Positions 1-11,860 are shown, numbered from the stretch's first letter. The stretch is DNA of 64,000 nt from Lama glama (GCA_028534125.1 CM052816.1:101556001-101620000); one strand, 5' to 3'. Program-made: numbers and translations. Notes: generated from the sequence alone by a model not told the origin.

Positions 1-1883
1 CCTGCTCCTGGCCCCCTGTCCTCAGGACCACCCTCCCCGGTGGCTCCGGGGGACCTCAGGTCCCGTCCTCAGGGCTCATCCACTGGTCAGCGGATCGTGC
101 GTAGGCACGGTTGTGTGTGGTCCCTGGCCAACCCCCTTGGGGGAGGTGCCTCTATGCTCCCCGTAGTCCCCCTCGCCCACCGCTGGCACAGCCACCCCTC
201 TCCTGGGGACCAGGGGTTTTCGTGCTGCAGCCTCCTCCCCCCAGGCCTGCTGGACACGCCGTGTGCTGCCGTAGTGGTCTCCCCGACAGCCTGTCTGGAG
301 ACATCTTTGGGGTCACATGGGATCTGGAGATTCTGGCGTCAGCTGGGGAGAAGCCGGAGATGTTGCTGAACACTCTCAGGCCCCAGGGCAGCCCCGGAGG
401 TCACCGAGGCCGGGGTTGGAGGACCGCCCTCGGTCAGCAGGGCGTCCGGGAGACCGTTTCAGAAGGCACAGGCCATGTCCTGCCACCACCCAGCCTGACA
501 GCCTCCGCCTGTGGGTGGGAGTGTTTGGACCTTCCGTGCTCAGTGCAGCTGTTGGCCCAGTGGGGTTCCAGTCACCACCTGCCGTCTCCTGTTATTTTCC
601 TAGCTGACCAGGGAGCACCCCAGCTTTGGTGACTCCCCGGGACTCGGCACGTAGTCACGGCCACGGCTACAATAGCGAAGAACACAGGCTGCGGGGTGGG
701 TTGGCGGGAGTCCGCGGGTGCGCCCTCTGCCTGGCCTGCCCTGAGCCCAGACGTGGGGGGTGCCAGCGGGTGACCGGCGCAGCGCACATGGGCGGCACGG
801 CGGTTGGGCACAGCCCGTCCCTCAGCGCAGGTGGGAGGCCCCTCCAGGGGCCGGCTGTGCCTTCTCACCGACTCTGCCTTTTCTCGGGCTGCGTCTGAGG
901 CTTCCTCTTGACCACTCGTCTCCGGAAGCTTGGTCGTGCGGGCCCCGGTCTGCTCTCCTGGTTTGCTATTCTTGGATTGCGCTGAGCTTGTCGGACCCGG
1001 AGGGCTGTGGCCTCTGTCAGATGTGGGGGTTTGGCTGTCGTCTCTTCATCCGCTGGGCCCCTGACTCTGCCGATTTGCCTCAGGCCTTTTTCTCTCTGCT
1101 TTGCTGCTTGCCCCGTGCGGTGGCCGATGGGCCCGGGGCCTGTCTTCCGTAGTGACCAGCTCAGCCCCCGGGGCCCCTGCAGACACCGCTCCCGCTGGCT
1201 TTCCTGCACCTTCCCCGTCTCACCTCGTCACATGTCCTCTGCCTTTTTGAACACGTGGCACGTGTCCCCGGTGCCGTCCCCACATCTTGTTTGCGAGGTT
1301 CCTTCCTGGTGGGGCCGCACATCCCTGCTTTTCCGCCTGTCTGGTTGTGGTTTTTCGGGGGTCAGACTCGGGGGTTACCTGTTGGGCGTGAGGTTGGTTG
1401 CACACCTTTGGGTGCAGTGGGCCTGTCCTGACAGGCCGTTAGGCACCTGAAACGCCAGACCCGGTCCAGCTGTTGTTTGAGGCGTTCTCGGGGCAGAGCA
1501 GAGCCGGTGTCCAGTGCAGGACGCACCCTCCTGGGGGCTCTTGGACCCCTACCCCAGCCCGACCCCTAGGGGTCCCAGCTCCCCCAGGCCTGTCTTCCCT
1601 GCTCCCCCTGACGGCCCTGTGCCTGCCCGGTGTCTGCAGGGCCTCCTCTACTCACCGCCCTGCTTCCTCCTGTTTAGGACAGGAGAGCGGCGCCTCTGTG
1701 TCCGGAGGTTTAGATGCAATGTGGTGCTGCGGCCGCCGCCCACCCCATCGTGGGCTGTGCCGCCCGGCCTCCAGGCTCTCCCCGTGCCCGGCTCCACTCC
1801 GGGTGTATGGTGACAGTGAGGCCCACGCTGTGGACCAGAAGTGCAGGCCAGGCTGGGCCCATGCCATCATCCCATGTTTGCAG

Positions 1884-2051
1884 GGAAGGTGAAGAAGGAG
1901 CTGGACCCTGATGACGGCCACCTGAACCTGGACGAGACAGCAAAGCTCCTGCAGGACCTGCATGAGGCACAGGCGGAGCGCGGGGGCTCCCGGCCGTCGT
2001 CCAACCTCAGCTCCCTGTCCAACGCCTCCGACAGGGACCAGCACCACCTGG
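1884..2051 (+). CDS. BRD9: BRD9 penultimate coding exon
   Basis: Acceptor TTTGCAG|GG at 1883/1884 and donor CTGG|GTGAGG at 2051/2052. Encodes (G)KVKKELDPDDGHLNLDETAKLLQDLHEAQAERGGSRPSSNLSSLSNASDRDQHHL(G), nearly identical to the human BRD9 C-terminal region as recalled. Confidence 0.95.
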
Positions 2052-3075
2052 GTGAGGGGCACTGGGAGGGTCCTGGAAAGCCGGGGCTCTTGTGGGTGCC
2101 GGGTGCAAGTCCGCAGGCAGGGCTCTGGCCCCTGGTCACAGCAGGTCACCACGGCTGCCCCGAGGTGCGGGTTTGAATGGAGTCAGCCTTGCACGGGTGC
2201 GGGCCCAGGTGCTGGCGGTCTGTGGGTCGTGTCCGGGGCCAAGGCTGTGGGCCCGGCGGCCTCTCGGAGCTGGGCGTCGGGAGCGTGGGTTTCTCTCTGC
2301 TGTTTCTACTTTCCGTCCTGGAGCAGCGTGTGGACAGGCGTGCTCCTCCAGGACCCTCTCTTGGGGAGAGCTCATGACCTTTCTTGGGCTGGGGACCCCA
2401 TGGCTACTGAGTGAGGGCGGGCAGCTGTCCCAGGCCCCTGCAGGGGTGTCACAGCCCCGCCAGGGAGGGCAGCACACACTTGTGTCCTGACTCCGTGAGC
2501 AAGCTTGGTGCTGTGTCCCTGGGCCACTGTTTTAGTTCCCAGGTACGAATGTTCAGTTATTCTCGCACATAATAAATCTTGACGTTTTTGGGGTGAGGTG
2601 GATGATCAGCTGTAGGGATTTGGCTGAAACTGTTTGAATAAGGACCAGCATCTTTGGGCCTGTTACCCTTGTGAGAGGTGGCACACAGAGGAGCTTCCAG
2701 GTGACCCTGGGTCAGCTCCAGGGATGGGGACTGCAGGATCCTAGTGGACTCAGTGACCCTGGAGCTGCTAAGGGCTGGGACTTGTCTGCAGGGCCCCTGG
2801 CCAAGGAGCCCTCGTTCCTGCGGAAGCAGCAGCCGTGCTGTGTGGAGACTCAAGGCAGAGTGCCTCCTGTAGGGTGGCCATGGCCACCGCTGTGGAGAGA
2901 TGCCCTCTGCCCCTCCCGGGAGCAGTGAGGGGTGGCCTGGACCCTGGGAGCCGTGGCTCCGTGGCTGAGACGCTCTGCTGGCCTGGGCTCTGGCAGCTGT
3001 GGTCCTGCAGACACACGGGCCACGAGGGCGTGTGGAGATCCTTGGGGTGAAGTGTCTGTCTTCCCACAATTGCAG

Positions 3076-3176
3076 GAAGCCCTTCTCGCCTCAGTGTCGG
3101 GGAGCAGCCAGAGGTGACCCACGACCCGTACGAATTTCTTCAGTCTCCAGAACCTGCGGCCTCCACGAAGAACTAG
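3076..3176 (+). CDS. BRD9: BRD9 last coding exon (to stop)
   Basis: Acceptor TTCCCACAATTGCAG|GA, phase 1, matching the upstream donor. Encodes (G)SPSRLSVGEQPEVTHDPYEFLQSPEPAASTKN* with TAG at 3174-3176. Human ends ...EQPDVTHDPYEFLQSPEPAASAKT (recalled). Confidence 0.95.
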
Positions 3177-3650
3177 CCTTGTAGTGGTCACTGATGATTG
3201 TTTATTTTTTAAGTTTTTATTTGCATGTACAGAGTTTTTGTCACGAGACAAAAAGAGTTTGGTTTTGTCCCCTTGGGCATGCGGGAAGCAGCCCCGGGGA
3301 GGTGATGAGTGTCCCTGAGGTCCTGTCAGCCGCGCAGGGGTGCAGTGTTCCTGCAGAGAGCCGCGGAGGTCACTCATAAAGGGTGTGAGACCAGATTCGG
3401 AAAAGCTGGTGTGGTCTGTGTCCGAGCTCCTCAGGGTCGATGAGGTCCTCCTCTGGACTCACCGGTCCTGCCCCACGCCCTCCGTGAGCGGCCCTCAGGA
3501 AGTAGACGTGGGTGGTTCTGTCTCTGTCCCGTTGGGGGTCCTGCCTGTTCTTTGTCCTCCCATGTCCCCACATTTCTAAGGCAGGTCTCGAGGGTTATGC
3601 GGGAGGGAGGGTGGCCTCCCCTCCTAGCCTGGGACAGACGGGAGGTGGGG

Positions 3651-3668
3651 CAGCGCCCCCTGGTGGCC
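3651..3668 (-). promoter_or_regulatory. CTCF core motif
   Basis: The reverse complement reads GGCCACCAGGGGGCGCTG, essentially the CTCF consensus. It lies about 480 bp after the BRD9 stop. Confidence 0.65.
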
Positions 3669-6600
3669 TTTTAACCCGCGTGTGGGGGAGGAGTGCATCC
3701 TGTGGGAAGACGGGCGTGTCCTGCCGGGTACGACCAAGTGTCGAGTGTCTGTAACATGCTCTTTGTTCTGGATGTGTTTACTGGATGCCTGTTTGTATGT
3801 GCAGAATATACATACAGATCTTGATAAGAAGATTCACTGTGTGATCGCACGTGGTTATTCACAGCGTCGCTGGGTGTCCACTTGAGTGACTTGAGGGAAA
3901 ACCTATCATGTAGGTTGGAGGTGCTCCTTCCTCCTGGTGTCTCCTGCCGTCTCTCGGCTTCTGGCCCAGTTCCTGGCATTGCAGTGATGTCCAGAGTGGC
4001 TCTGCCACCACCAGACTCAGAAGGCGGGGCCCCACGGTGCAGCCTTGTGGGCATGGGTCCTGGGGCCCCTTCGGAGCCCTGCTTCTCCCTGGCCCGCAGC
4101 CTGAGTTCTCCAGTCTGTGCTGGCGTGACTGGGGGGTAGGGCTGTGCTGGGCTGTGAGGCCCAGACTCCCCAGGGGGTGTGGGCTCCACCCTAAGGGCCA
4201 CGTCAGACGGAGTGGACACGACCCCCACCCAAGCGTGGGAGAGGCTTCCGCCTCGACCCAAGCAAGCCGTGGGCACACCCTAGGGGTGTCGCAGCCATGA
4301 GGTGGGGCATCTTCCTAAGGACACCGGCAGGATCCCAGCTGACACCCACAGACACTCTGGGGATCAGGATGGCTATCCAGGTGGCCGGGGTGGAGGGGCC
4401 TCAGGGCCACACTGGCCAGGCGTTGGCTGCAGGCCAGCCCAGCAGGCCCTCAGGTGCCTCAGCCCAGGGGACTTGACTCGCCGAGGAGAGAAAACCTGAG
4501 GGCAGTGCTGGGAGGTGGAAACCACGCCTCACCGAGAACAGACCAGCAAGGGCGTGTGTGAGTGCCAGGCCTGTGCTCCACCTCCATCCACTGCTGCCCG
4601 CCTGCACCTAACTTGCGGTGAAGACCCCCACAGTGAAGAGTGTTTTTCTGGACCTCGGACGTGGCCGAGCAGGCTTGAGCGTGACTTACAACGAAAGGTG
4701 TGAGCAACCTGGACTCCGGGCCTGTTGCTCAGTCACTCTGAGAACGAGGTGGCGGGTGTGTGCTGGGGAGGGGAGGGTGCGCTGCAGCTCCCGGGAGCCG
4801 GTAGGTAGGTCTGATGCTCCCCGGACACACGTAGTGCAGGGAAAGGCTTGGTCGCCTCGGGTGGGGGGTCATGGCTTCGTGGATTTGCATGCTGAGCAGG
4901 CCCTGATTTTGTAGCTTCTAAAGTTATTTTCATGGAGCAAGGTCACCCCCGAAGGACAGTCATTTCTCAAAGGTGTGAGCAGCTGAGGCCACCGGGCGCC
5001 AGGTCAGCCGGGAGGCCCGCACCTTCTGCAGACCTGGTATATCCCTGGTGGCCTCCTTCAGAGTCGCGGGAGCTGCCCCGGGGCTGGTTGGACTTAGGGG
5101 GCACCTGGCGTTGAGGTCATCAGCCCCCTGCATGTGTCTGGAGAAGCGTATTCTGTGCAGGATGCAGACACAGGTCTGCTGGGGTCGGAGCAGTGCCTGG
5201 CGGGGAGCTGCCCCTTCTGCGGGTGCCTGTGTTTGCAGTTACCAGAGAGCCTGGTTCTGGTCTCGCCCACAGCCTGGGGCCTCTGCTGCACGGTCAGCTG
5301 GGTTTCTTGGGGCCTGGGACGTTTCTCAGGGCTGGATTGTGGGCAACACCGTGGACAACGACGAATTGGAGGCTGTCTGATACTGTCCTGGCTCCCACCT
5401 CCTGGGAAGGGGCTTCTGGGTGGGGAGCAGCGTGGCTGAGCTCTGCCCAGGCCTGCCCACAGGCAGGTGCTGCAAGCTGATTCCTTGGGCCCCAGGCTGG
5501 TGGTGTCAGATGCATCTGGGCCCTCAGCTCCTCCTGCCCGCCCACGCCAGCCATGGCCTCCAGGGACGCGTCCCTGTCATCCTGATGGAGGCTTTCTCTG
5601 AGGACGGTGCTCTTGGGCCAAGGGCACGACTGTGGTCTGAGGAAATGGAGCCCCAGGTGAGCAGGAGGGTGAGACTGGGCGGGCTGGGTGGGGCAGGACT
5701 GACCTGGAGCGCCAGCCTGGTGGGCCTGGCTCCCCGCCAGCAGAGAGGCCCTGGGTCCCACCCACGGAGAAGCCCCTTCCCTCATGGTCCTCGACCCCAC
5801 ACAGAGGGTCTCGAAATCTGCTGGCTTCCTTCGCCTTGTGCCTCTGTCCGTCTGGGCCAGGCCGAGCTGCCCGTCGGGAGGCTGACCGCTGGCCGCCACA
5901 GGCACCAGGCAGCAGGGCTGCAGCACCACGTTTCAGGCGGCTTGGCCGGCCTTCTACCTCCGAGACGGCCCAGGCAGATGGGGCCTGTGGGGCACGCCTC
6001 TGTGGAGGGAGAGTGGACACGTCTCCATCCACCCTCCCTGTCCCCCTGAGGAAGGGGGGGCATCGATGATGAGCCCACATTCAGGTCCTCAGGCAGGAGC
6101 CCTCAGACCCCACAGGCAGGGGCCAGGGATCGCCTGAGCTTAGGAATTGAGACTCAGACGGGAGACACCTGACCCAGTGGGCTGGCCGTCCTGGCCTCAG
6201 CTGCCCGCTCAGCTCAGTGTCCACGTCCCCACGCTCCCCAGCTTGCCTTCTGCTGTTGCCCTTTCATGGCCACAGAGGGGGCAGCCAGGCAGCAGGCTTG
6301 GGCGGCACTGTCTGTGCCACACTCCCCGGGGTGACCCGGAGGCACCGCACCCCCGACAGAGCCTGGGTCTCAGCTCCTGGAGCAAAACCAGCTGATGGGG
6401 TCAAGCGTGAGGAGCAAAGTTGGGACAGACGCCTTGGCTGCCCTCCCCCCACCCCATGAGCCACTGAAACAGACTCCGGCTGCTAACTGAGGGCTGAAGT
6501 TAACTGAGGGACCGTGGCGGTGGTGGGGGTCTCTCCCCCAGGAACACTTGGGCCCATCCCCCCTCAACCGCCCCGCTCTGCCCCTGCAACTGACTGTGAT

Positions 6601-7300
6601 GTGTCCCCAGGGGCGGGGCCTCAGCTTTATGATGCTTCCTGGGTGTTGTCCAAGTGTCCACCGGGAGGCCCAGCCCTCTCACCTGGGCCTGGACTGCTCA
6701 AGCGTGGTTGTGCCTTTCCGCTCTGGAGAGGCCAGCCACATCGGGCATGTCTGCAGCACAGTTTCAGAAGCCACTGGGACCTATGCCCCGTGACAGGTAA
6801 GGAAGGGGTCGTGGTGTCGCCCAGCCCGGCACTTCGTCCTGGGAGGATGGGGACAGGGTGGGACGGGGCCATGTCGCACTGTGGACAGGAGACACAGGGA
6901 CAACCTGCCCCTGGCTGGCCGGCACCATGGCTGGCTCACAGGGCCTGTGGGGAGCCTGTGGACCCCAGCCGTGGCCGTGTGGGGCACATGGAGGTGACAA
7001 TGACCTCAAGCATCACCCCAGCACCAAACAGCCCAGAGCCCCAGGGTCGACAGGAAACGAGTCAGGAACCAAACTGGGGCAAAGAGGGGACCCAGGCACC
7101 AGCACGCCCCAGACGGGGCTCATCCCCGAGCCCAACGTGGTGGTCTTCCCACAGCCCGGGCAGACGCGTCCCGGAGGAAGTGACACCAGGACAGGGCACC
7201 AGAGGGCGGAGGAGGAGGCTGATGGGGGACCCAAGCGTCCATGCCCAGAAAATAGTTCCAAAAAGGTGGAGAAGTGAGAACTGGGCCCAGAAGCCTCAGA

Positions 7301-7446
7301 GTGTGTGTGTGTAGTGTGTGTGTATGTGTGTGTAGTGTGTGTGGATGTGTGTGGATGTGTGTGGGACGTGCGTGTTGTGTGTGTGGTTGTGGGTGTGTGG
7401 GCGTGTGAGGTGTGTGATGTGGCATGTGTGGTGTGTGTGTGTGTGT
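7301..7446. repeat. Degenerate (TG)n microsatellite
   Basis: Interrupted GTGTGT array, visible directly. Confidence 0.9.
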
Positions 7447-8603
7447 TCACAGGCAGCAGCTATGTGCACCTGCGTCTCAGGCCGGGTTGGGAAGGGAGCT
7501 TCTCCCTGCTGGCCCTGACCAGTTGTGTGTGGCGGTTGCGGGACTCCTGACCACCTGCTGTAGCTCACTGAGGCCCTTCTGCCAGGTGGGCCCACCTGCC
7601 GCAGCCTGGGTCCTCACCAAGGCACCCCTCTCTCCTCCACCCTGCATCACCAGGATGCACCACTGTGTCCATCCCCAGGGATGCAGGTGGGGGACAGTCC
7701 ATCTTGGGGTCAAGGCCTGGCCCCAAGTGAACATTGCACGATGTTGGATGGAGGGGTGGCTGGAGGTGCAGAGAGGTGAACAAGCCCTCACAAGCCCGGC
7801 GTGGCTCTGACCATGTCCTCTGGGGGGCCCTTGTCCACACAGGGAGACAGCGGGGGGGGTGCTACTCAGGCCTGGTCACGTGCTCACTAGAGGGGGCGGT
7901 GGGACGAGGCAGTGCCAGCCTGCGCTGTAGGGAGAACCTTCTGTCTGCTCCCTCCCAGCTCCCAGGATTTGGAAGAACCCATGCTGGCCCAGATCTCCAG
8001 CACTGAGTCCAGCAAGGAGAGGCCTCCAGCTGTGGTCCACCAGGTCTGTGTCCACTGCATTTGGCTGGGGTCCTGTCGGGTCACTGCGGTGTGGGCCTGG
8101 CGAGGGGCTGGCAGACGAGGCCCAAGCAGGAGCGGTCAGCTCTGCTGGGTTTCCTGCAGACCCGCAGTCGTCTCTGAGCCCTCTGCTGTATCAGCACAAT
8201 TTTCGCCTGATTTGATGGAGAAAATCTTTTCAGAAAATCTCTCAGAAAGGTTGAGTTGGTGCACCTGAGTCTCCACACCTCCCAAGCCTTTCCCGCCCGC
8301 TCCCTTGGGGACAGCCCGGCTGGTCCAGTTCAGGACTTAAGACGTTACGAAGCCCGAGGCCAGTCAGAGCCGGTGGTGGGCCATCCCACTCCTGGATGTC
8401 TGCAGGCCTTGCTTCCTCCAAGTTCACACTTTCACCACCATGGGTGGATTTCTTTTGTTCATGGTCTAATTCTTGGTGTACAGCTTAGGTCCAAAACCTG
8501 AGGTCTCCTCGCAGGACAGACATTTCTTCAGTTTTTTCCTTTGTTTCTTCTCTTAGAACCTCTTCATTTCCTCATCCAGAAACCCTAACAGCTCAACGTC
8601 CAC

Positions 8604-8660
8604 GTTGTGTTGTGTTGTGTTGTGTTGTGTTGTGTCGTGTTGTGTTGTGTTGTGTCGTGT
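8604..8660. repeat. (GTGTT)n pentanucleotide microsatellite
   Basis: About 11 units of GTGTT, with occasional GTGTC variants. Confidence 0.92.
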
Positions 8661-9764
8661 CCACGGCACTTGAGCTCACTCGGGCACTGCTCCCCCAGCT
8701 GTCTGCCCCGAGACACGTGCCGGCCCCTCAGTGCGACCTCCTGGATCCCCAGGGCTCACCTGGGCAGGACCTCCCCTGCCGGTGGTTTCTCCATCTGAGT
8801 GTTTCTGTTCGGGCTCATGTTTGAAGACCAAGCTGGCTCTCCTGAGCGCTAGTCCCCGGGTGCCTTGGTCTTGTTTCACGAATGTGAAGTCGCCCATCTC
8901 CCTGAGGCGCACGCGGCCGCGTCTCCACACAGTGTCACGTCCAGAGAACCAGGGTGGACAACCAACAGCAGGGGCCGGCCGCGCAAGCCCACTCTCGGGA
9001 CGCTCCCCGGGGCAGTTCACAGCCCACAGAGGAGGCGGCGAAGCATACTTCTCAACATTCCTGTCTCCTCCCAAAGTAACACATTTTATCAACTCCTTTT
9101 TCTCTGTGTTTCATCCTGAAGAGACAATGAAGGCTGCGTACAGGCCCTAATGTGGCAAAGTTTTCTAAAACTCCTCAAAGTTCCACCTATGGCAGCTGGT
9201 AGCATCACGCACCCCCTCCGACACCCCAGACACCTCGCAGTCTCCCCGACTCCATGGTCCCCCTTCTCGGCAGCCCTGCCCACCTGACTGGCCAGAAGTG
9301 CCATGGTCCCTCCCAGCTGCCACAGCCAGGGACTTCCAGGTGCCCGGAAGCCCCGTCCCTGCAGAAAGAAGAACACAGGACCCTGGAAATGTGGCCTCTC
9401 CGCTGGCTCCAGGGAAACGTGCAGGGCCCCTGGTGGACACGTGTCACGTCACTGCACCAGCGGGAGCTGGCTCTTCCTGCACAACTGCTGATGCCCTGGG
9501 AGAAGGGCCTCTTTCTGACGTGGACCTCCTGCACCTGAATGGTCTTCTGATGGGTCCTTGTGCACCTGTAAACCCTCCCTGACTCGCTGCTGTAGGTGGT
9601 CCCCTGCCTTGAGGGATGGTAGCTGCCCGCCTGGGGCTGGGGGGCACTGTCACCACAAGCCACCCCGGGAGATGCTAGGCGGTGGCTCCAGCCCCGGGGT
9701 CTCCCCGGCCACACGCACCATGGGCAGGAGCGCGTGGCCAGCCATGCTTCCCACTGTCTTGCAG

Positions 9765-9986
9765 ATGCCCTTCTGTGCCAGGAGCTTGCGGCGGGTCATC
9801 CCGGAGGCCTCAGCCATCAGGGCATCGCAGACCTTGCCGCCCCGCCTGTCTAGGGTGAACGGCTGGTCGAGGCCCCTCCACTTCTTCCAGGCCATAGCCT
9901 GGGCCATGTTCCTGTTCCTGGCCTTCACCACCTTCGGCGTCTTCATCCCCTTCCTGCCACTCGATTGGAGATACATTGCCTACGGT
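9765..9986 (+). CDS. ZDHHC11: ZDHHC11 coding exon 1
   Basis: 222 nt (74 codons) encoding MPFCARSLRRVIPEASAIRASQTLPPRLSRVNGWSRPLHFFQAIAWAMFLFLAFTTFGVFIPFLPLDWRYIAYG. Contains the ZDHHC1/11 signature SRVNGWSxPLHxFQ. In-frame upstream ATGs exist at 9672, 9720 and 9744, so the exact start is uncertain. Confidence 0.9.
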
Positions 9987-9995
9987 GTATCCTTT
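9987..9995 (+). other. U12-type (minor spliceosome) 5' splice site GTATCCTTT
   Basis: Exact match to the U12 donor consensus RTATCCTTT, at the phase-0 boundary required to join coding exon 2. Confidence 0.88.
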
Positions 9996-11089
9996 CACGG
10001 CACCGCTGCCGTCTGAGGCGGGGGATGGTGCGGCCCTGCCCTCCAACCCACTCCCACTCTTGGCCGGCACCCACAGTGTCATGGTGCCTGAGATCCCCTC
10101 TCCGTCCTCCGTCTGCCTGCTGGCTAGGGGTTCTGGCCACAGGTCAGAGGTTCACGGGGGCGCCTTCTGGCAGGGGTGCAAGGGAGGGTCCGCAGACCCG
10201 GCCACGTGCTTTCCCACCATGACGAAGCGGTCGGTTCGTGTCATCCAAGAGGAATGGTGAGTTTCCCCGAGGAGGGACTTGAAGCGTGTGTGCGCCCACC
10301 GCCCTCCACCAGGCACCTGAGTCCCGCTCCCCCACAGACCGTCCGCCAAGGTCACACGTTTGTGACCCCCTCCCATGGCAGAGCTCTGGGCGCCGAGATG
10401 TCTGCTTGGATCCCTCGGTGGGCATCAGGGTAGCGAGAGACTCGACCAGGAAACCTGGGCCCACTCAGAGGGGGCCACACCTTAGCACCAGTGGACGAGC
10501 TGTGCTGCTGCCAACTGGGCACTGGAACCAGTTTCCAGAAGCAGGGTGTTTGTGCACGCATCAGGCCCACCTCAGCAGGGAGACGGCCACACTGCCCGCT
10601 TCTTGCCTGGGAGACCTCACTGCTGGCCAAGGAGAGGGGCCCGGGGTGCAGAAGGGGGGCCGTGGGTGGGCGAGAGGGACAGGGAAGGACACGCGAGCCT
10701 GACCACGGCACCTTCCAGCTTCAAAAAAGCAGAGGAGAGAGGCGGACCCCAGGGGCCTGGCCCTCGGCCTCAGCGTGAAGACCCTGCCGCCCTGTGGCAC
10801 GTCTCACACACACACTGTCCTAAAAGTCCCAAACATCAGGAACCTTCAGTGGGACTGCCGGTCTGTGTCTGGGACTTCTGTCTCCATACCACCAGCCTGT
10901 TATCCCACCTAGAAAGTCCCATGGGCTGCTCGCACGTATTCCTTAATATCAGACTGACGTGCCCCCGTCAAGGAGTCCACGCAGAGTGTGGGCCGCGCAG
11001 GCCGCCCGCGGCTCGGCTGGGCAGAGAAGACCGGCCTCCACGTGGAGTGCCTCTCACACTCCTGTGGCTGCTGCTGAGGCCACGGATCC

Positions 11090-11530
11090 TCAGTGGTAAG
11101 GTTGTCGAGGATCAATTTCCTTAACAGAGAAAAGGCCTCTCAGCTTTTCTGTTTCATCTTCTGTTTTGGCCAGCTGTGTTTTTTAAGAAATTTGAATATT
11201 TCATCTAAATTGTCAAATTCTTGGAGGAAAGCGAGTCGCTGGTTTCCAGCTGTCCTTCGGAGTCTGTAGGGGCCGTGGTGATGTCACCGTGGTGTGTGCT
11301 CTCTGTGCGTCAGGCCTCCTAGGGTTTGGCAGTTTCACTGATTATCTGAAGAATCAGCGTTTGAGCTGACCGACCTCCTCTGCCTGTTCTCTTTTTAAAA
11401 TTTTCTGCTTTTACTTTTACTGTTTCCTTTCAAATTACCATAGATTTCATTTACTCTTTTACTACTTTCTCAAGGTGGAAGCTTAGGTCATTGATTTTAG
11501 GCCTTCTTTCTTTTTATTATACTTAAAGCT
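11090..11530 (-). mobile_element. Old LINE-1 (L1M-type) fragment, antisense
   Basis: T-rich sequence with typical antisense L1 ORF2 phrases (TCAATTTCCTTAACAGA, TCATCTAAATTGTCAAATT, GCTTAGGTCATTGATTTTAG). Recognised by eye; boundaries approximate. Confidence 0.6.
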
Positions 11531-11759
11531 GTAAACTCCCGTCTGGGCACAGGCACACTCAGACCCACAGACACATAGATACGCACAAACAAACACACAC
11601 GTGATGCGCAGCCACAGACCAGCCACCCCGTGGACGCCCACACTGCCACGCACACGGGCGCAGGGACGGAGGCCTCCTCTCTCCTCCTTGACCATCCCAT
11701 CTGGCCGAGACGATTCCGTCTCTGGGGCCAGCTGCCCTGACCAGGCCCCACTGTCTGTG

Positions 11760-11860
11760 CTGGGGTGCCCTTCTCTGGCCACTGGGGGGCACCAGCGTCA
11801 TTTGGCGCCCATAGGGCCAGGCGTGGAGGTGACCGCCGGGCCCTGGGAAGGGCAGGGTCC
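11760..11860 (+). repeat. Local duplication, copy 1 (~100 bp)
   Basis: Aligns to 13468-13565 with 7 substitutions and one 3-nt indel (~90% identity, manual alignment). Confidence 0.88.

Noticed and set aside
1-1883. Upstream BRD9 exons
   Set aside because: I found no match to the preceding BRD9 exon (...SYPDVSVDISMLSSL), so this stretch appears to be intron with that exon outside the window.
2873-2888. Perfect 16-bp palindrome GGTGGCCATGGCCACC
   Set aside because: Short and isolated in GC-rich sequence, and not a proper X-box (no GTTGCC or GYAAC half). Plausibly chance.
6841-6868. Additional G4 motifs (also 57529-57547)
   Set aside because: Expected at this GC content, with no positional link to a functional element.
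7013-7550. His/Thr-rich and Cys/Val-rich ORFs
   Set aside because: Translations of the (TG)n/(CA)n microsatellite.
8607-8824. LCCVVLCCVV ORFs that look like palmitoylation substrates next to a DHHC gene
   Set aside because: Artefact of the (GTGTT)n repeat.
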